Virus record (IMG/VR): IMGVR_UViG_3300027896_005002
Span: 310,001-374,000 of that record
Strand: one strand, 5' to 3'
DNA: 64,000 nt
Under the pieces are notes generated by a model. It did not search any database, had not been told where the DNA came from, and saw only the letters and a list, made by a program, of their open reading frames with translations. This document shows positions 60,393 to 64,000 of this stretch, piece after piece (the first letter of the stretch is position 1; each line of letters begins with the position of its first letter). The position numbers and the translations under genes were made by a program.

Positions 60393-61151
60393 TTAATCGT
60401 ACATCTCACCTTCTCGATGTTGTGCTAAAGATTTAAGATCACTAATAAAATAACTGTCAACTTTTGAAATTTCAGGACCCCAGTCACCAGATCTTAGTAC
60501 TGCTTTTTTATGTTCTTTTGTTGGAATAACCATAAGAGTCATACCGTCAGGATCTACACCACCATGTGGTCCCTCACCAACAGAAAATAATTGTTTGGGA
60601 TATTTCTTCTTCAACTTAATAATTCTATTTACCATTCTTTTAGGACTAGTATGTGACATATCAAAATCAAAAGTTTTTAAACCTTTTACTAATTTTTGAT
60701 CAGCATCTTCTAATTCTTTATTTTCTTTTGTTAAAATACTAACAACAGTATTTTTACTATATTTCTTATATGAAAGTATAATTTCATTTCCATCTTTATT
60801 CCATGTTCTGACGCCAATATGGTAATCAGTTTTAGGTAATTTCTTACTTTTTCCATAATGTTCATTAAATTGTTTAAATAATTCTTTATATTTTCTTTTA
60901 GATTTATCTGGAAACGATTCACGTATTGCATAATCTCCATCACCTTCAGGCTCATTTTGCAATAATGATTTAATAGATTCAGAATGTTCTTGCGTGTCTT
61001 CTCCAGAAACTTCACGTTTTGGTCTCGCAGTTAACCGTCTTTTACTTTTCCTATGTCTTTTTAAATAAGCCCTTTGTTCATCTAAAGACAAATCATCCCA
61101 TTTTCTTGCTTCTTTAACAAATTCTGATTGAATTATAGCCAAATGTTTCAT
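60393..61151 (-). CDS. tagged hypothetical protein (putative head-internal protein)
   Basis: MKHLAIIQSEFVKEARKWDDLSLDEQRAYLKRHRKSKRRLT; AAGGAG RBS. Confidence 0.85.
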   Translation of the reverse strand: MKHLAIIQSEFVKEARKWDDLSLDEQRAYLKRHRKSKRRLTARPKREVSGEDTQEHSESIKSLLQNEPEGDGDYAIRESFPDKSKRKYKELFKQFNEHYGKSKKLPKTDYHIGVRTWNKDGNEIILSYKKYSKNTVVSILTKENKELEDADQKLVKGLKTFDFDMSHTSPKRMVNRIIKLKKKYPKQLFSVGEGPHGGVDPDGMTLMVIPTKEHKKAVLRSGDWGPEISKVDSYFISDLKSLAQHREGEMYD

Positions 61152-61198
61152 TATTACTCCTTGAATGTTTCTTAAACTATAACTGACTTATCAATTGA

Positions 61199-64000
61199 TT
61201 AAAAAAACAAATTCAAAAAGCCTTGAATCTTATCTACATTCGGTCCACCAATCAATAATACCAATCCAGCAGTATAACCATTTTGACCTGAATCAGGACC
61301 TCCAATTGCAGATTTAACCTGAGCTTTTATTCTTTCAACACCACCAGTTTTAACATCAATTCTAAGAATATAAAAACCTGCATTCGGAGAAAAAATAGTC
61401 TTTATAGTATCAATAATTTTTTCAATTTGATCTATAAAATCTGCCAATGTATTAATCTTAACAGTCAACAAATCTATAAATTGTGTTACAGATTCAGATC
61501 CTTTTTGAATTGCATCAAGTTCTGAATTAACCCAAGCTTCTAATGATTTAATAAAATCCTCAACGGGTTTAAATAAACTTTGTGCAGTCATATTCATCCA
61601 ATTTGGGTATGTACCAGTAACACCTTCTTCTATTGATGTATAACCGGCACAAGAACCTGATGAATTACCTATCGTTGGCAAACAATAATTTGGATCATTT
61701 CTATATTGCTTATTATAATATTGTACTTCACCACCTATTGTTCCATCCTGACATAAAACAGTATCAAAAAATAATCTATTTGGCACACATTTAGTACCTA
61801 ACTTTGTATAACCGACATTTAAGCATGCGTTTCCACTATCATAAACACATCGTTTATTTACATATTGTTCACAAATTTGTTTATTGACACCATTAGCACA
61901 CAAAATTTCATCAAAATTTATATTTTGTTTTCTACAAGCTGGTGAATAAGCCTTTATAGTATATTCTACGTATATATCATCACCATTTTGATAACCAATA
62001 CTTGAAATATCACTAATTGTTAATATAGTTTTATTATTCTGTCTAGCTATTAACAAATCCCAACCATAAGTTAACTTTGTATCATTTAGTACTGTTATAA
62101 ATCGATCATATCCAGGAGCATTTGTATCAATTTTGCTCGTTTCCACATCAATGAATCTATCATAGTTAAAATTTAGATCATTACTTTTCATTCTACGTAT
62201 AGTTTCACTCAAATTTCTAATTGAGATATATCTCATGTCAATCATATCATCAATTGTAAAAGTAAATGTATTTACTTGTTGAAATCCTGCATTAATTTGT
62301 ATTTTTGTACTAACAGAAAAATTACTAGATTGCTTCGCAATACCACTTCTATTAATAGATTTTACAATTACATTACTAAGTTTTTTGATCACAGTTGTTT
62401 GTGACTTATCAATATTACAAGCAAAATTTGCACATCTTTCAAAAATAACAGAATCTATCGATGGTTTTGCAAATAATTTTGATGAACCTACAACTTCATT
62501 TGATAATACACTACCACTACTCGATCCCATTGTAGTTCTAATAGTATAATAATAATTTGTACCATTTTCAACACTTAAATCTTGATACTCATATCCTAAC
62601 GGCATTGCAGGTTGAACATCTTTGCTCCAACCAACAGCAAAATTGCTAAATCTAAGTTTATATTCAGATGCTTTCACACTACCTATCGGTTTTAACTTTT
62701 GTTTTGTTTGAGAATCAATAACATCACCTCTATTAGATATTATTGTCTTATTATCTGTATCATAATAATCTTGTTGAGCAATTATAGCATTTGATTGTAG
62801 TTGAGTCCTGTAAATATCAAATCCAGAAACTAAATCAATTAAATTTTGTTTATGAAATATTCCAGATATACTAAATGTTATAAATTCCGGCAATTCCCAT
62901 CGTACTATAACTTTTGAACTTCCAGAAACAGCTGTAACATTTTTTGGTTCTTGAACCTGTGGTTGCCAATCTATTGACGTAAATATTTTCTGTAATGATT
63001 TTATTCCATTTATCACGTCAACAAGGTTTCCAGAATCAATAGCAATAATATATGCACCTACATCCGCTGATTCAGAAAATTGTGGTCGTTTACTATCAAA
63101 AATATCATCAAAAGAATCAGTAACTCTTTTCTTAAAAGCTTCAGATCCACCTCCAACACTTGCCAAAAATTTTGCAAATCCAGGTTCAGCTTCTACAGTC
63201 GGATCATTATAATTTATATTTGGAAATACAGGCAATAAATAAACACCAGATGCAGCTAAATCATTAACATATTGTTCAATAGCTTTTGATAATGCAGTCA
63301 ATATTGCTTTTAATGCACTTCCAGTATCAACCAATAATACTTTAACAACACTTAACACACTATTAATTAATTTTAATATTGTCTTCATTGGATCTATTAC
63401 ATTTTTAATAGCATCTGCTGTTGATATAATAGACTTCGGTAACATTGACTGTAAATCAAATGATTCCCATGCACCTTCAGGAACAACTCCAAGACCTTTT
63501 AACACAACATCTACTTGAGGTCGATCTATATCACTACTATTTATTCGAATTTTTCCTAAAAGATCACCTGATGTACTTGGTGCAAATATTATTGAATAAA
63601 ACGCTGAACCGCCAGGAGCTATAGTTGTCGGTATAAATCCTGCAACACTATACGAAGATGAAGCACTATCTATAACACTAATATTAGTAACACTCAATGT
63701 ATCATTACCAATATTATTAATCGTCACAGTTCTTTGACTTGAAGTTTTAACATTAGTATCTGCAAATAATATTTTATCTTCAACTTCAATAATTGGTTTA
63801 TGAACACCAGTACCAGTGATAGTAATAATAATTTGACTATTTATAGGATCATCACATGTAATTCTTAATTTAGCTGTATATGACACTGTATCTAATGGTT
63901 TGAATATTACATCAAAATTATAGAAATTATTTGCTAAAACAATAGCTGATATTGGAGAAATTACAAAAACATCTGATATTAATTGTATTGAAACAATCAA
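61199..64000 (-). CDS. virion structural protein, 5' end outside the window (ASH/choice-of-anchor-D Ig-like domains, FN3-like domain, helical segments)
   Basis: F.P......L.I..DD......GTG repeats; Y.D.SVENG..YYY; frame open to the window edge. Confidence 0.75.
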   Translation of the reverse strand: MIVSIQLISDVFVISPISAIVLANNFYNFDVIFKPLDTVSYTAKLRITCDDPINSQIIITITGTGVHKPIIEVEDKILFADTNVKTSSQRTVTINNIGNDTLSVTNISVIDSASSSYSVAGFIPTTIAPGGSAFYSIIFAPSTSGDLLGKIRINSSDIDRPQVDVVLKGLGVVPEGAWESFDLQSMLPKSIISTADAIKNVIDPMKTILKLINSVLSVVKVLLVDTGSALKAILTALSKAIEQYVNDLAASGVYLLPVFPNINYNDPTVEAEPGFAKFLASVGGGSEAFKKRVTDSFDDIFDSKRPQFSESADVGAYIIAIDSGNLVDVINGIKSLQKIFTSIDWQPQVQEPKNVTAVSGSSKVIVRWELPEFITFSISGIFHKQNLIDLVSGFDIYRTQLQSNAIIAQQDYYDTDNKTIISNRGDVIDSQTKQKLKPIGSVKASEYKLRFSNFAVGWSKDVQPAMPLGYEYQDLSVENGTNYYYTIRTTMGSSSGSVLSNEVVGSSKLFAKPSIDSVIFERCANFACNIDKSQTTVIKKLSNVIVKSINRSGIAKQSSNFSVSTKIQINAGFQQVNTFTFTIDDMIDMRYISIRNLSETIRRMKSNDLNFNYDRFIDVETSKIDTNAPGYDRFITVLNDTKLTYGWDLLIARQNNKTILTISDISSIGYQNGDDIYVEYTIKAYSPACRKQNINFDEILCANGVNKQICEQYVNKRCVYDSGNACLNVGYTKLGTKCVPNRLFFDTVLCQDGTIGGEVQYYNKQYRNDPNYCLPTIGNSSGSCAGYTSIEEGVTGTYPNWMNMTAQSLFKPVEDFIKSLEAWVNSELDAIQKGSESVTQFIDLLTVKINTLADFIDQIEKIIDTIKTIFSPNAGFYILRIDVKTGGVERIKAQVKSAIGGPDSGQNGYTAGLVLLIGGPNVDKIQGFLNLFF

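Noticed and set aside
126-61015. Short antisense or nested track ORFs (e.g. 126..389, 820..1086, 1080..1484, 3244..3627, 7160..7399, 39389..39772, 51110..51415, 57558..57776, 60731..61015)
   Set aside because: They lie within or largely overlap well-supported genes and show no motifs; shadow ORFs.
42628-64000. Diversity-generating retroelement acting on tail proteins
   Set aside because: No reverse transcriptase and no TR/VR pair seen; the repeats are diverged protein-level modules.

Overview
Strongly AT-rich, gene-dense, mostly minus-strand window from a large tailed (probably contractile-tailed 'jumbo/huge') bacteriophage using the standard code. Left to right: NAD-dependent DNA ligase; a tRNA/RNA-repair region (two tRNA-Cys(GCA), tRNA-Ser(GCT), tRNA-Asn(GTT) split by a 199-nt group I intron, tRNA-Phe(GAA), a tRNA with an aberrant anticodon loop, an RNA-ligase-like gene, a Zn-finger endonuclease); nucleases, trigger factor and a DnaB/DnaC-like replication module; RtcB; a nine-gene glycosyl/methyltransferase island; a plus-strand operon with an M17 leucyl aminopeptidase and an HD-GYP-like hydrolase; an SF2 helicase; an FtsK-like ATPase; and a long baseplate/tail-fibre block with two free-standing homing endonucleases. 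Two candidate undescribed systems stand out. (1) A leader-peptide attenuator (6259-6418) in front of the tRNA cluster: 12 of its codons 8-20 are Cys/Asn/Phe/Ser(AGY), the codons read by the downstream tRNAs, and it has mutually exclusive antiterminator/terminator stems. (2) A shared N-terminal tag MKHLxxIQSEFxKxA on seven mostly unrelated proteins (including the aminopeptidase and the FtsK-like ATPase), resembling a capsid-targeting sequence. All calls are by eye; no searches or folding programs were run.
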